From Marsupella aquatica (lineage: Eukaryota > Plantae > Marchantiophyta): 64,000 nucleotides of DNA. The notes beneath the pieces were generated by a model. That model was not told where the DNA came from and searched no databases. It saw only the letters and a program-made list of their open reading frames with translations. Positions 26,931 to 40,300 of this stretch are shown one piece after another. The stretch is from the NCBI GenBank assembly GCA_973895155.1, contig OZ316897.1, positions 12,461,375 through 12,525,374 on the forward strand, read 5' to 3'. The translations under genes were made by a program, and so were the position numbers. Within the stretch, counting starts at the first letter, position 1. The number at the start of each line of letters is the position of its first letter.

Positions 26931-29023
26931 TATTGCATAATTGAGTGAAATATTGAAAAAAATCTCTTTTCTGCTCATCTAGTACATGGATGAGAGTGCA
27001 GTGCTCTTTGCTGCCTGATGCAAACCAATCCCCTTGGCTCTAAGAAACTACTCTACGCTTCTGCTTTGGGGCAGGTCTACAGAACATAGGCTTCTAAAAT
27101 TACCCCTGTGTCTTGCAAAAATCAGCGGTCAGGTTGATATATTCCCTTTTGGGCAAAACAGGAAGAACTTCCATCAATTGCAAACATTTCGCACCTGCAC
27201 ATAATCACATTGCTGAGGGTGTGGAGTGCAGGTACTGTAAGAACCCTAGACATGATTTGCGACTAACCGTCAAGGATGTTGTGTTCGTTTACCAGGTAGT
27301 TTTGCCAAAGCATTGTAAGCACTGAAGCCATTGTTGCGGGAAGGAAAGCCCAAACTCATGGACAGACTACCGGAAGAACCAAAATTCTCCTGGTCCCCGT
27401 AAGACACCTTACAGGTCACTTTAGGAGCATAAATGAGAGGTGTGCTATACTAGTAAAATCTCAAGTTCTGGTTGTGTCCATCCAGCTTGTGTGTGTCCAT
27501 CCAGGCCTTTTGCCAAAGGTCTGTGTCCACTTAGGGTTTTTGCTTTTAAAAATTAAGGGGAAATCTGTGAATCTCCACAGGAATGGAACAATCAGTCACA
27601 ACAATTGAACCCGAGACCTATCCTTCTCCACTGACTCAAGTGAGGTATCACACAGCCATGCCTCTTTCGGCTATGTCCATCGTGGCTTTAAGTTTCATTA
27701 GGGAGTCACAAAGCTTGGCCAAATATTATGAGTTCTCATTATGAGACAAAAGTTTGAGACGTTCTCAAAATACTTGGCATCTCAAACTCAAGTATTATGA
27801 GAACTCCCGTAAAATTTATGGGAGCTGATCTTCGGCTACCATAAGGAAAGCCCACAGGCTCAACACTTAACTCGTAACTTTCTCGCAACTTTAGGCGTGA
27901 ATTGGAACTCTGGAAAGCCGCAACTGAAGGCACTTGGGATTTGCTCCTGACCTGGTGATTGCTGCTACATTTGAGGCGGCGGCTGATCAAGAACGGTGGA
28001 AAAAAGAATACATGCTATGAGCTCGGCTATGAGACAGGTGAGGCTGTACCTCCTGCCTTATGAGGCTGGTCAATGCTACCTCCCCCTATTTTTAAAACTC
28101 TATAACTGGGTCCCATAACTAGAGTTACAAGATATACAAAAAATCCTTAACTTTCACTAATGACCCCGCTTTGAGATGCATGCCCTATTAAAAGTGAACA
28201 TAAAGATTATTCTTCATAAAATATGGGTAGTTTAATTTGGGTAGGAGTGAGGGTAAATTGGTAGAAGGGCCTTTGTGCTATCTTACATTAAGTTTGACCA
28301 GTAATAAAGGAGTTATGATGATTTGAATCTTGGGCCTTTTAGCGTGTGACAACATGATGATGAACCTGGACAGAAATGTCAACCAGAGTCATAGTGTACC
28401 TAGTCCAACATTATCCCAGGTAGTCATAGACTAGGGGCTTTGTCTTTCCCTTGAAAGAATACTAAAACCACTTCAGAGGTTTTCTCTCTGTATTGGTTGC
28501 ATACGTTATATCACAGAATCATTCGGGGCATCTGTTGCCTCCGGTATAAAAGAAAAGTAAACTTATAACTGTCACACAAAAAGCAAGCTTGGCAGGGAAG
28601 CACTCAATCTTAGGGGAAGGTCTGCCAGTACAACGGGGAGGACGTCTACAAGGGCGATGATTTGGGAGTGCAAGTGCACTTAGGGAAGGGGTGTAATTAA
28701 GTACAGCAATTTAGTTAACCCCATATTGCAGATGGGGTTAAGGTGGCAACTAAAATAGTTTGGGGGACAGGTCACAAATTCTAATCACTTTGGGGGACAC
28801 ATTACGAAAATGAAAATGGAAAACCTTCACTTTATTTCAACCAGTTGGATGTTGAGTGACTTAACTGGCGGGGTGAGTTTATTTTGATGATATTTGGATG
28901 TTGAGTGACTTAACTGGCAGGGTGAGGTTATTTTGATGATGTGGATAGGTCTGGACCATCTTTTATGTCCCAGCTGATCCCTTTATTATATAAGATTTCT
29001 AAGACGTCAATGAAAGTGTAGAG

Positions 29024-29074
29024 TTTAGGGTTTCAGGGTTTAGGAGTTTAGGGTAAACCCTAAACCTTAAACCC
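29024..29074. repeat. Head-to-head degenerate plant telomere repeats (TTTAGGG-like x4, then CCCTAAA-like x3)
   Basis: TTTAGGGTTTCAGGGTTTAGGAGTTTAGGGTAAACCCTAAACCTTAAACCC. Confidence 0.75.
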
Positions 29075-30541
29075 CCACAAAAAGCCTGCCCCATCATCAA
29101 GTCCCAAACATAGCAACATCCAGTAATTTTTCCTCGAGAAAACTAGGGGTGGGACAAACAGGGTCAACACCCTGGATCAGTTGTGCCTCATCACATGGCA
29201 CCCCAACCAATCACAGGGGGCCTTGGGTTAACTAACTACAGCTGTCCATTCAACCTCATATATGAATTGGGGGTCAAGGTGACAAATTAAATAGTTTGGG
29301 GACAAAGTCACAAATTCAGATCAGTTTGGGACAGGTTACAAATTCAGATCAGTTTGGGGACAGCTCAGTAGAAGACTAAAAGAAAAAACCCTTTAAAAAA
29401 AATTAAAACTAACCTGGCAATAGATACGGACTGAAATATTTGTAAGGATAAGACATTTGTCTGGATAAGATCTCCTTTACTTCCCTTCTCTTCTCTTCCC
29501 TGACGGAACATCGTTCTCCCCCACTCGGTGGAGCCGTGGAGGCGAGGGACAGTAAAGTGATTACTACAGCAGCCTCAATTCGGGGCACGACAGTGAGTGA
29601 GCAGTCCCGAATTGCTGTCGGGGTCGCTTTTTGGAACACCCAATTCGAAGTATGATTGGTTGCTGGAATTTGCCCGGCACCAAAGCCCATCTTTAAATTG
29701 TTCTTCTGCTTGCCCGACGACTCCAGGGTCCAGTGACTGAGCTCAAGGAGTGAGCTATCCAGCTGATTCACTGACGAATTCTGTACCATATCATCATCGC
29801 AGCTGGGAGTACGAGCTGTTCGTTTGGAGCTAGCATTGTGTCATCATCTTTCTCTCGACGGAGACTGATTCTGTCTGTCTGTGTTGTGTGACACTCCCTC
29901 CATCCCCAGGTTTGCATTCCTGTCCCGGATAGAGTGGTATCGAAGAATTATGCATGTAGAGATTTGGGGAGGACTGTTGATTTTATTGCATGAGTGAATG
30001 AGGGAGGGAGAGAGCTTTCCTGGCTTGGGAATCTGGCAGCTCTCACTTGTTTTGCTTGACAGTAGAGTTATGACATTCAATCAATGGCGAAGAAACGGTT
30101 TTGAAGGTGCTTGGGGTTTGAATGATCGATTGACTGATTGATTGAACGAATGAGCTTGAGAAACTACTGTGGCTTGGTTGGCAATGAGGATTGTCGTTTC
30201 CCGTGGTTTCCCTCCGTGAGAATGAGAAGTTGATCATTCAGTCAACAGTTGGAATCGTTTTTGTGCGGCTCTCCGCAGTTCTGCCAGTTGTCCGAGGCTG
30301 TGGCAATTGGAATCAGCGAATGAATGAAATTTCTATAGCTCTCCCATTCATGTGCGATGGCTTTATGGCTTCTTGCCTTTTTTTTGCGCTGATTGGAATG
30401 GGTCGGATTGGGTTTTCCACCTTGACGTAAATTTCTTACTTTTTCAATCTGAATTTTCGAAAAGAAAAACGAAACAAAGATATGGCAAGTTGGAGTTTTT
30501 CTGACAAGTGCACTTTGGTCGTGAAGCAGTGAACATAAAAG

Positions 30542-33500
30542 ATGGCGAGTGCAGTGGCGGTTAGTAGTGCTGCAAAGGTCCTGGGACTGGTGCCGACGAG
30601 CGAGGCAAGGATTGGGAGTACCAGCTCAGGCAACAGAGTGAGACTGGCAGGTTTTGCAGCACGGAATTCTGAGCAGCTTTTTGCTCCACAGCAGCAAAAG
30701 CATGTGAGACGGAGGCCTCTGACTGTTACTAACGCTGCGACGAAGGTCAAATCGCCAGGTTATATCCAAGTTCTTGTGCTCTGTCGCCTGGCGAACAAGT
30801 TGTCATGTCTGGTCCCGCTTGAAGATTTGACCGTGAAAGTTTTCTTGAATTCATTGAGGAGCTAGGTATCTTGTTTCCGAGCTTCGCTTCCATACCTTCA
30901 GCAGATGAGCCTCTAGCCGACGAGATGAGGGTTAAAAAATGAATTTACCCATGCAATTTTGCTCCTCTCTTGTGTAGCACTGCAAGCTTGTGTGCCCTCG
31001 TCATTTGGATATACTCCTCTATCAGTTATGCAACAACCAGCGCCTTATTGTGCTTCTTTGGGATTGTCCGTTGACAGGGGACATGTGTCTGCATGTACAC
31101 AATCATTCTCTCCTCTAAAATTCCACCGCGTCTCTCAGACCTTGTGATAGTCTGCTATATGTCATGAACACCTACCAAACATGTGCCAAACCTTGGCCAA
31201 ACAATTGTGCTGTGTCCCCACAACCTCCTCGCCAACTCTGTTCTCTGAAATTCAGTCGTTTTACAATGTGGGCTGTTATGAATCATTTGGGTCCTTCTGG
31301 ACATCAAATTCCTTCATTCATTTCATTTCCATAGCCGGGACCCTTCGATGAAATCTCTCAATAGAAATCATGGGTGGTTCTTCGTTGAGCCTTGATAATT
31401 TATGACAACATTTTAGTAAATGTGGCCTGCTGTACTCTGGCTTTGGCCTTGCCCCCTTTTCTTGGTCTATTTCCCTCCCATTGCTGATCCGAAGAGCAGA
31501 CGGCTACAATCGATGTTGGATGGGATGTCTCCTTTCCATATCGCCTTAGTGGAAGAAAGGGCACTGGTACCTGAACTTTGTTCGAGCCAATATTATTCGG
31601 AGAAGACTTCCAAGTTTCGGCACGGCCCAAAGCATTTAGAGCCAGCAGCAAGGAATGTTACTTGCTAGTCGGTCGCAACGAATATGATAAGGATCGCTTG
31701 ACCTAGATTTTTAATGACACAGTATCGACAGCTTGCAAGCATACCTTGTGGGATTATCCGTTTTACTGACTCGTGTATTTTATGTGCAGCCGAGACGGAT
31801 TGGAAGATTAAGAGGGAAGCTCTTCTGAAGGCAAAGGCACGCTTTATGGTTCTCACATTTAACCTTCCTTTATTATAGCTAGGCTCGCATGAAATCAAAA
31901 CCTATGCAGCCTTGACAGCTCGTCAACTGCGGTAACTGTGAGTATGTGGACGGAATGTGGTCGTATGTCCTCAATGGCAAAATTCTGTTCACTAAGGATA
32001 TACCAAGCTGACCACTGGTTTCGCACAAGGCCCCTCCTTACTGGTTGCTTTCAAATCTTAAGAGTTCATCAGAAAATCTACCCAGATCTACAGTTTCTTT
32101 GAAGATTTACTTTCGAAATATGTCAGCACTTTACCTTCAAATCTCACGGACTGAAGATCATTGAGGATCAGTTTAGAAATCTACCTTGAATTTTCAAACC
32201 AAGCATTGCCAATCAAGACTAGTAGTTACCGTTTCCTGCACCACTTTGGTCCTCTGTCTATCTGTGTATTGTAACTCGTTTTCTCCGGTCTCTGTGTCTC
32301 TTGCCACTTACGCATCATGAGCAACGTATAGTTCTTTGCTGTTAGAACTACCATTGAGCTTTACGGCAGAGTGTATAGCCACACTGATGTCATGATCTTT
32401 GCTAGTTTATCCTATTCTTCTGCATTATTTCCGAAGCAAGCCATCTTTGTAACAAGATGTTGTCATGAGCTGGGTGACATAGGTCCCAGTGAAGTGCTTG
32501 TTACAACAATCGTTGTAATCTCGCCATCTAAAGTGTCGTTTGGTCCATTCTTCCTGACATTCTTTGTTTCTTCGGTGCTGGTTTTTCAGTACAAAGTCTA
32601 GTGGGGAAGACTCTTATTTGCTCTTGTCTTCTACTTCAAATGTGTAGGTGCGGTCAGTTTCTCCCAAAGAAGCTCTTCAACTTCAGCAAAACCAAGGCTA
32701 CACCATCATTGATGTGCGGCCGGAAAGTGAATTCAATGATGTATGGCTTTTTCCGTCCCTGAGGCTCCCTTAACCCGTCATTCCTACGCCGCATTTGTTA
32801 TTGTTTCCTGCTGCACCGAATCCCTGATCTGGAGCATACTTAATTTCCTATCGCAGTTAACATAAATGATCAGGGCATTCGTAAATTTGCTCGCAGTTTC
32901 TTTTAGGTTCAGACCTGTCCACAATTTGGACAGTATAATATCAGTATTGGTAGTAGAACTTAGAGAGGGTTTAGATTTTTCTTTTGTGAATTAATTGTGA
33001 GTGTCTTCACAACAAGTTGAGTAAATGTTTTGTGTCGGGGGATTCTTTGTCCAGGGCCATCCTGCAGGTGCCATCAATGTCCAAGTTTACCGCCTAATTA
33101 AGGAGTGGACACTATGGGACATTTCACGCAGGGTTGCCTTCGCTTTCTTTGGAATCTTTCAAGGCACTGAAGAGAACCCGGAATTCCTGAACGGTTTGTA
33201 AAATATACTATTTCGCCATGCCATTGTGAAATATTTTCTCAAATTGATTCGAGGTAGAGTGTTTTCAAGATATGATTAGAGTACAAGTTAAAGTCTGGTG
33301 AAAGATGAGGACTATGAGCAGCAGAAACACGGGACCAACATGCCGGTGCGAAACACTTTACAAATTCTGGCAACCAATGATGGCAAGAAGTCAAGTTACC
33401 CGTTCTAATATTTGGTATGTTTTTCTGGTGTGCATGGATTGACAGAGGTGAAAGGTGTGCATGGATTGCAGAAGGATGATAAAGTCATAGTCGCTTGCAT

Positions 33501-34006
33501 AGCTGGCGGCACATTGAAGCCCACTCCAAATATGGCGGACGGATCGCAGTCCAGGTCAGTGTAGCCTAGTCGTCTGTGTCCTCAGAAATAAAGTAAATCG
33601 GTGGCCTTAGACTGGTTTTAACTATCCTTGCATACATACAACTCAGCCTGTGGAAATTGATCTGTTCCTGAGCTAAGCCATCAATAGAAGACGTCTATTA
33701 AGCAGATCTATTTTCTGTCTTTTGATTAGTTTTGGACTAGTATGTACTAGCTGTTTGCATTTTCTCCAGCGTTTCCTTCTGGGTTATGAAATTTGTGGTT
33801 GTTTATTCTTCATACAAAAGGCAGATTAAAGCTCACATGATACTCATGCCAACTTCACATGGATCGTTTTTTTATGATGGAGCAGGTCATTGATAGCTGC
33901 GTACCTGTTGACTCTCGATGGCTTCACCAACGTTGTGCATGTGGAAGGCGGCCTTAGGCAATGGTTCAAACAAGATCTGCCAGTTAACGAGGTTGTCGAG
34001 GCCTGA
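30542..34006 (+). CDS. STR14: Chloroplast rhodanese-like domain protein (STR14-like), 6 exons, ~241 aa
   Basis: Exons 30542-30758, 31790-31836 (GC donor), 32648-32740, 33055-33193, 33446-33554, 33886-34006 (726 nt). Motifs: VRSVSPKEA, IIDVRPESEF.GHPAGAINV, YRLIKEWTLWDISRR, GTEENPEF, VIVAC, RSLIAAYLL, HVEGGLRQW. Transit-peptide-like N-terminus. Confidence 0.92.
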
Positions 34007-36630
34007 GTGTACAGCATGGTCCCTAGTAGTAGTCATAGCCCATTTGCATTCTTTGGGAAAGTGAAGTCATTGAATTGAAAGTCACTAACTGATTTATATG
34101 TCAAACGTGTCCATCAGATCAATTTTGTAGATTATAACTTTTCTGTGTTGAAAGTTTTCAGAATGTGCTCTCCAGGCCACGGTATTGAAAAAAATTGTGC
34201 GAGTGTCTGTTAGAGTTTTTGAGTTTCGGCAGGGGCTGAATAGCGGTGATTTCAATTGTAGGGGCCCAGCAAAGCGGGAGTTGGGAGAACCTGAATCTTG
34301 CGAGTAACGTGGTGGCTACCATAACCAGATAGTTGAAGATAAGGACCCTCCCTTGCAAAGTTGATGCTTTACAGACACAACCACGTCCGAACATGTAATC
34401 TGAGCAATATAGGACAGTACAGTACAGTACACTAGCTGCTTGAAATGAGTAATCCCAAACGAGAAAAAGAAATCCACGAACTGATATCTACACAACAAGA
34501 TATGCAATCATCGGCCACGAATGCCAGAACCCAGTCCGAGGCAGCGGATATCTACACGAGATCATCTTAGCACAAGAACCGCTACACTGCAGCAATACAC
34601 CATAATTACATCAGCAACTCTACTGATACTGAATAGTTCGATTCCCACCGAGTCTGCAAGACTGAAAAACTTTTATCTAGGAATCAGAAGCTGGCCTGAA
34701 TTCACCATAAAGTGTACCCAAAATGCCAGGCAGACACGGCTTGTACAACGATGTCTTCCAACCTCCACTTCAGTGAGTGACAGTCAAGTTTACGATTTAG
34801 GATGTCTATAAGAAATGAGGATTGTGGTTTGATCAAGATGGGCGACCTGTTCGTGGCTAACAGGGAAGGTCGAGATGTAAATACGCAGTTGAAAGGATCC
34901 CGTCCATGTACTATGATGCACCTACCAGGTAACAAGGAGTGTAATACTGTTGTAAATTAAGAAAATGGTTCCTATAAGCTTGGATATCAATGAATTGATT
35001 GAATGCGCTAGATAGACTGTAGAGGAGCTCTTGTCCAAAGAAGCATTCTCTTTGGTGCAAACTTGATTATTACGATGAGTTGACCCAACAACATATGACA
35101 TGAAGTCTGCAATGGCATTTAACTGAAAGAGATTCCCTCTGTTGATGGAACATGATGCAAGATGCAAAATAAAGTGACTTGAGGAAGTTTGGAACTTGCA
35201 GATGACAGCAAGCAGCGTTTAGGATTATTACTGGAGAAATGTGAGCCTGAAGATTTGCATACTTGATCCTCATCAAGGATGGGTGTTTTGAAAACTTCTG
35301 TCTTCTTAGAGGAAAATAAAAAAAAACCGGGATAGACTTGCCCAGCCTGCGTGGACCTCAGTGAAAACCTCTTCTACCTGTAAACTTGCCCCTTCTGATG
35401 CTTCTTCTGAAATAACTGACGCATGAAAGTTTTCCTAAATGCAGAGCTACAAATGTCTGAAGATTACATTCACACACTATACACTCTTCCCGTCAATGAA
35501 AGGTCTTGACCAACAAATTTGGCCTTTCAATTTCTCCCTCTATATTCAGTTAAATCTATTGCTCTTGGGTTCATGGAACACAGCTTGGAAAGAGCTTTCC
35601 AACAAGCCTAATATTATCAACTCTCATTGAGTATCGAAGGAGCCACAGATTTCCAAAGCCTATAGTATTGTTTCTCATTTCACTTTCCATTTCACATTCC
35701 AGTGTAATATGTATCATCTGAACCAAAAAGTTTAATCTTTCAAAGAAACATCATAAGAGGAAGTAATGCTAGGATGGACCACTTCCATGAACCTTGCAAC
35801 CGGGATGGACCAGTAGTTGACCAGAAAAGTATGGACAAGGAAACAGTGCAGTCCATCTCGGTTATGCTGGTCCAGCTGCTCATTTAGTCAAACATTTAAG
35901 CTCATGGGAGCTTCAGTTTCTCAGGCAAGACACCACTTTTAGACACAAATTTAGTGGAAAATATACACTGGATGTTCCAATGGACTGAGTCCATTAATTA
36001 TGCAACCCCCATGGACACCAAAATGAAGCCCAGATAGACTCCTGGGTTTGTCAAAAATCTCCCATGGATTTTCCTAACTCAGATGGACCACATTGTACTC
36101 ATAATGTGACAGGGAATATTCTCAATTAGTCCATCCAAATTGTATGGTTTTTGTCTAAGGTCCATGGGAGCATCATTTTCCCATGGACACTCTAAGTTCT
36201 GGTTGTCAACAACAAAGTTTGACTTTCAATATCATTAGTAGTGGTTGAAGGAAATCTATTTTTTTTTGGGTAAGTAAGAAGTATGTTTTCAACTAGCCTA
36301 CTAGGGCCATATCTCATCATTGAGAATTGAGACTTACAAATTTCCAATCCAAAGATGGCTCTCTACTTTTCTTGTCACATTCTCCACTCGGGTGTAATTT
36401 ATACCATAGAAGCACTTTTCTTATCACATTTCACTCTCGGGCGTAATACGAGTATTTAAGTACAATCCAAAATTGGGTTTGCAAAAGTTGTTTCAAAAAG
36501 TCTATCCGAGCATTTTGGCAATTTTGACAAACGTGTCAGTTATTCCAGGGTTCAATTTCATGTAAACGGGGTTTACGAAAAAGGGCGGAATTCGAAACCT
36601 GGCTTCAATTCAAAACTTCCCCAGAACGCT

Positions 36631-36655
36631 AAAACCCTAACGCATTAACCCTAAA
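36631..36655 (+). promoter_or_regulatory. Telo-box motifs (AAACCCTAA) at the probable promoter of the MEE22-like gene
   Basis: AAAACCCTAA and TAACCCTAAA lie just before a CT-rich leader. Telo-boxes are known in promoters of plant proliferation and translation genes. Confidence 0.5.
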
Positions 36656-36709
36656 GGCTAAAGCCCGACTCGAGGTTTTCCTGGCGTTCGTTCCCTTCGT
36701 GAACTCTTC

Positions 36710-37300
36710 TCACTGTTGGAGCGGATTCGAGACTCACGAAGGAGATGGAGAGCCTTTCTTCCTCTCCTCCTTTCCCCTCCTCTCCCCTCCTCTTCTCTCG
36801 CTAGAGACTCTGCTCTGCGCTTCGATCTTACTCGGTTGATGGGTCGCAAGATTCTGCAGAGGAGATTGCGTTATTGATGACGCTTTTCAATGTTGGAGTG
36901 GATTTAAGAGTTAGGAAAGGAGATACTCTTCGCTTGCTAGAGACTTTGCTCTGCGCTTCGAGCTGTGTGGGTTGATCGGTCGCGAGATTCTGCAGGGGAG
37001 ATTGAGTCATCGATGACTCTTCTTATTGTTGGAGTGGATTCGAGACTCCCGAGGGAGATACTCTTCGCTCGCTAGAGACTTTGCTCTGCGCTTCGAGCTT
37101 GATTGCTCGGTTGATTGGTCGCGAGATTCTGCAGGGCAGATTGAGTCATCGATGACTCTTTTGTATTGTTGGAGTGGATTCGAGACTTACGAAGAAGATG
37201 GAGAGCCCTTCCTCTTCGCTCGCTCTACGTTGCTCTGCGCTTTGAGCTTGCTCGGTTGATCGGTCGCGAGATTCTGCGCGCAGATTTAGTCATCGATGTC
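36710..37300 (+). repeat. Four degenerate ~140-175-bp tandem units in the 5' leader of the MEE22-like gene
   Basis: The core TGTTGGAGTGGATTCGAGACT...CTCTGCGCTTCGA...GGTTGAT.GGTCGCGAGATTCTGCA recurs at ~36716, 36891, 37027 and 37167. Confidence 0.85.
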
Positions 37301-37365
37301 CTGGTTCGTCATTGAGGCATGAGCAGGAGCGGGAGAGGCTGATGCGGAAGTATTAAGGGAAAGGG

Positions 37366-40300
37366 ATGCTGGAGCACGCAATGCCGGGGGAAGCGCGCGT
37401 GTCGAATGGCGTTCCGGCAGAACACCGCCTCAAGCAGCAGCAGGCGGCGGACCGAAGTGGTCATAACGATAAGGCGCTGCAAGAGGTGAGTAGTTGTTCG
37501 TCGTTCTTCATGGATCTGATTGTCTCATCGCTGGTTGTGCACCTCTCCCTCCTCCGTGATTTTCTTGTGTCTAGTGTCCGTCAGCTGTGGTTGGCTCGTC
37601 GTAGCATGTGGTGAAAGTTATTGTTCCGCTTGGGCTTGTCAAATTGCCTGCGAGGAGGGGCCATTAGATATCGTAGATCATAGAGATCGCTGGCGGTAGC
37701 AGTAGAGTCACCTCTCGGTGTAGTGTTGGTGGGGGCGCGTTGCTGTGCTCTCTCCGTCTCTCACTCGGTCTTTGAGAGCGCTTGTTTGATTCGTCAATTC
37801 GTTCGCAACGACAGTGGTAGGTTGAAGCGTTTTGTTGAAGCTCCGCGCAGCAATCTTCTAACTTAGCTGTATTAATTAACAGTCTCCTTCAAGTCGTTGG
37901 CAACTAGGTCGAAGGATTTTTTCCTAACTCTAACAAAGAAATCTTAGCTCTACTCATACTGTCTCGTCTTCGTTCGCTACCATATTTGGTTTAAGCATTG
38001 CTTCAAAGCTCAGCATATAAATCTTAGCTTTACAAACACTCTGTCTGTGCACTGCTTTTCGAGCATTCAATGATCTTTGAGTTAAACGTATTAAAATTCC
38101 TCCAGTTCACTTTGACGTCTTTGCGGCAATTGGGACTTCCGGTTGTGGTCTAGCAAGCAACTGAATAAATTAAGAGAATTTCCCCCTGCTCCGAACGATT
38201 TCTCTCTGCGGGAAAGGCCCCTGCGGACGGGCGGACGGACAATACTTTCGTTAGGGAGAGCCTTCATGTCACTCGGGAATTCTAAACTCCGTCTCCCTCA
38301 TGCAGATGGCGGACAAGTTGGAGAAGAGCGAAGCTGGTAGAAAGAAACTGCGACAAGCAATTTCAATGCTCAAAGAGAAAGTGGAAGCTAATGAGAAGGT
38401 ACTGCAAGTCAATGAGATTCTTCGGCAAGGTATAGTTTCTCCCATGGCTAATTTTGTTTTCTTTGTGCAATCCCGTGGCCACCGTGTTCCTGGCTGGGTA
38501 ACTAAATTCACTCACCTTAAATATTCTCTTCATCTTCCATGGAGGTGCTTTCCCACACGAATTTGACTTCAATTTTTTTCCCCCTGAAGATTTTGTCGTG
38601 TTTTCTCTGCAGAGTGTGAAAAGGAGAGGCTGCGTGCGGAATCTGAAAGGAACAGGGCGGAGGAGGAAAAAAGGCTCAGGGAACAAGTGGAGCAAGAAGG
38701 CCATTCTACGAAAGAGCAGTTGGTCCGTGTTCTACAGCGTGCGGAATCTCAAAGGAACAGGGCGGAGGAGGAAAGAAGGCTTAGGGAACAAGTGGAAAAA
38801 GAAGGCCATTCCACAAAGGAGCAGTTGGTCCGTGTTCTACAGCGTGCAGAATTTGAAAGGAACAGGGCGGAGGAGGAAAAAAGGCTTAGGGAACAAGTGG
38901 AGGAAGAAGGCCACTCCACAAAAGAGCAGTTGGCCCGTGTTCTACAGCGTGCGGAATCTGAAAGGAAAAGGGCGGAGGAGGAAAAAAGGCTTAGGGAACA
39001 ATTGGAGGAAGAGGGCCATTCCACAAAAGAGCAGCTGGTCCGTGTTCTACAGCGTTTGGATGCTGTGGAACGAAGCTGCAAGGCGGAAAAAAGTAGCAAT
39101 ATTAGCCACCGGACAGAAAACACTCGTGGGACTAACGTGGAAGGTTATCCAGAGCGACCATGTATCAAGAGTAAGCATCCGAGGGCTCCCGATGATGGCG
39201 ACGTGGAGACCAAACTTGACATTGGAAATCCCTTGCTGCCCCAGAAGGAAAAGATATTTGAGTCACCCAAAACTGGGACTAAAATAAATAGAAACAGGGA
39301 CAAGAGAGATAAAGTTCCAGTTGCTCTTCTCAAAGAGATAACAAAGCTATTTCTAAAGGAAAAGAAATCCCACGAAAAGGTGGAGCAGAAGCTAGCTGCC
39401 CTTCAGAAAGTGCTTCAAAATAGTGAGGATGATGAGTCTGCGAAGCAAGGGTTAGGCACCGTTAAACTAGAAAATAGTAGAAAGAGGAAAAGAAGTGAGA
39501 GAAAGTCAGGTCATTCAGACCCCAGAGGATGTGGCAACGATGATTCTGAAGCAGGCTGGAAATGCCAAAAGACTTTCAAGGATTTGAATCGCCCTCAGTT
39601 ACCTGATGTTGGCCCTGCATCACTTGTACTTGATGGTTGGGCAGCTGCTCCAAATGTCATAGACCCATGCCAGGAGATGGATGTCGATATAGAAAACCTA
39701 AGTGGGGATGACTGTAGTGGTGGGTGGGACTCAGATTCAGAAGATGAGATGGGGGAAGACTGGTGGACACAGGAACGGATATTGCTGTCACCGAGCCTTC
39801 CGAAAGTACAGCCCCCTTCTTTGCCGCTGGAGGGGCCAGATTCCAACGCTCCATCACCGTGGCCCGCTGCAAGTGACATGAATCTTGAAGACTTTTCTCT
39901 TTTCCTGGATGTGCTACCGCCTATCGACCAAGAAGTATGTAACGAGGAGAGGGCGGTAGCAAATCTTCCTGATATCGCAAGTTCAAAGTCGGAATCCGAA
40001 GAGCTGCACATTGAATCGCGTGGAACAGTCCTAGACGAACAGCATAGTAAAGAACTCCAACGAGGGTTGGCGGCAGAACAAGCTTCTAGCAACCTTGATA
40101 AATGCACGGAAGAGTCTCCTAGCAATAATTTGATCCTATGTTTAGAAAGCGGATCCAAACTTACAGACAATCCAGGTGGTTGTGTAGAGGATGAGGGAAC
40201 GGAAGTTGTGATTGCTGGGTCCTCGTTTTGTGATATGCCGATGAGTTCGGGGTCCCGACCCGAGGCTTCTTTCTGCCCTCAAGATATCAGCGTCGTAACT

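Noticed and set aside
2825-34006. PTOX + ALG13-like + HMGR + rhodanese as a terpenoid or dolichol biosynthetic gene cluster
   Set aside because: No terpene synthase, prenyltransferase or P450 is present. The products act in different compartments and are mostly housekeeping, so adjacency alone is not evidence.
38598-39287. 229-aa overlapping basic ORF in another frame, plus antisense ORFs
   Set aside because: By-product of a stop-free 105-bp repeat unit; no ATG start and no recognisable domain.
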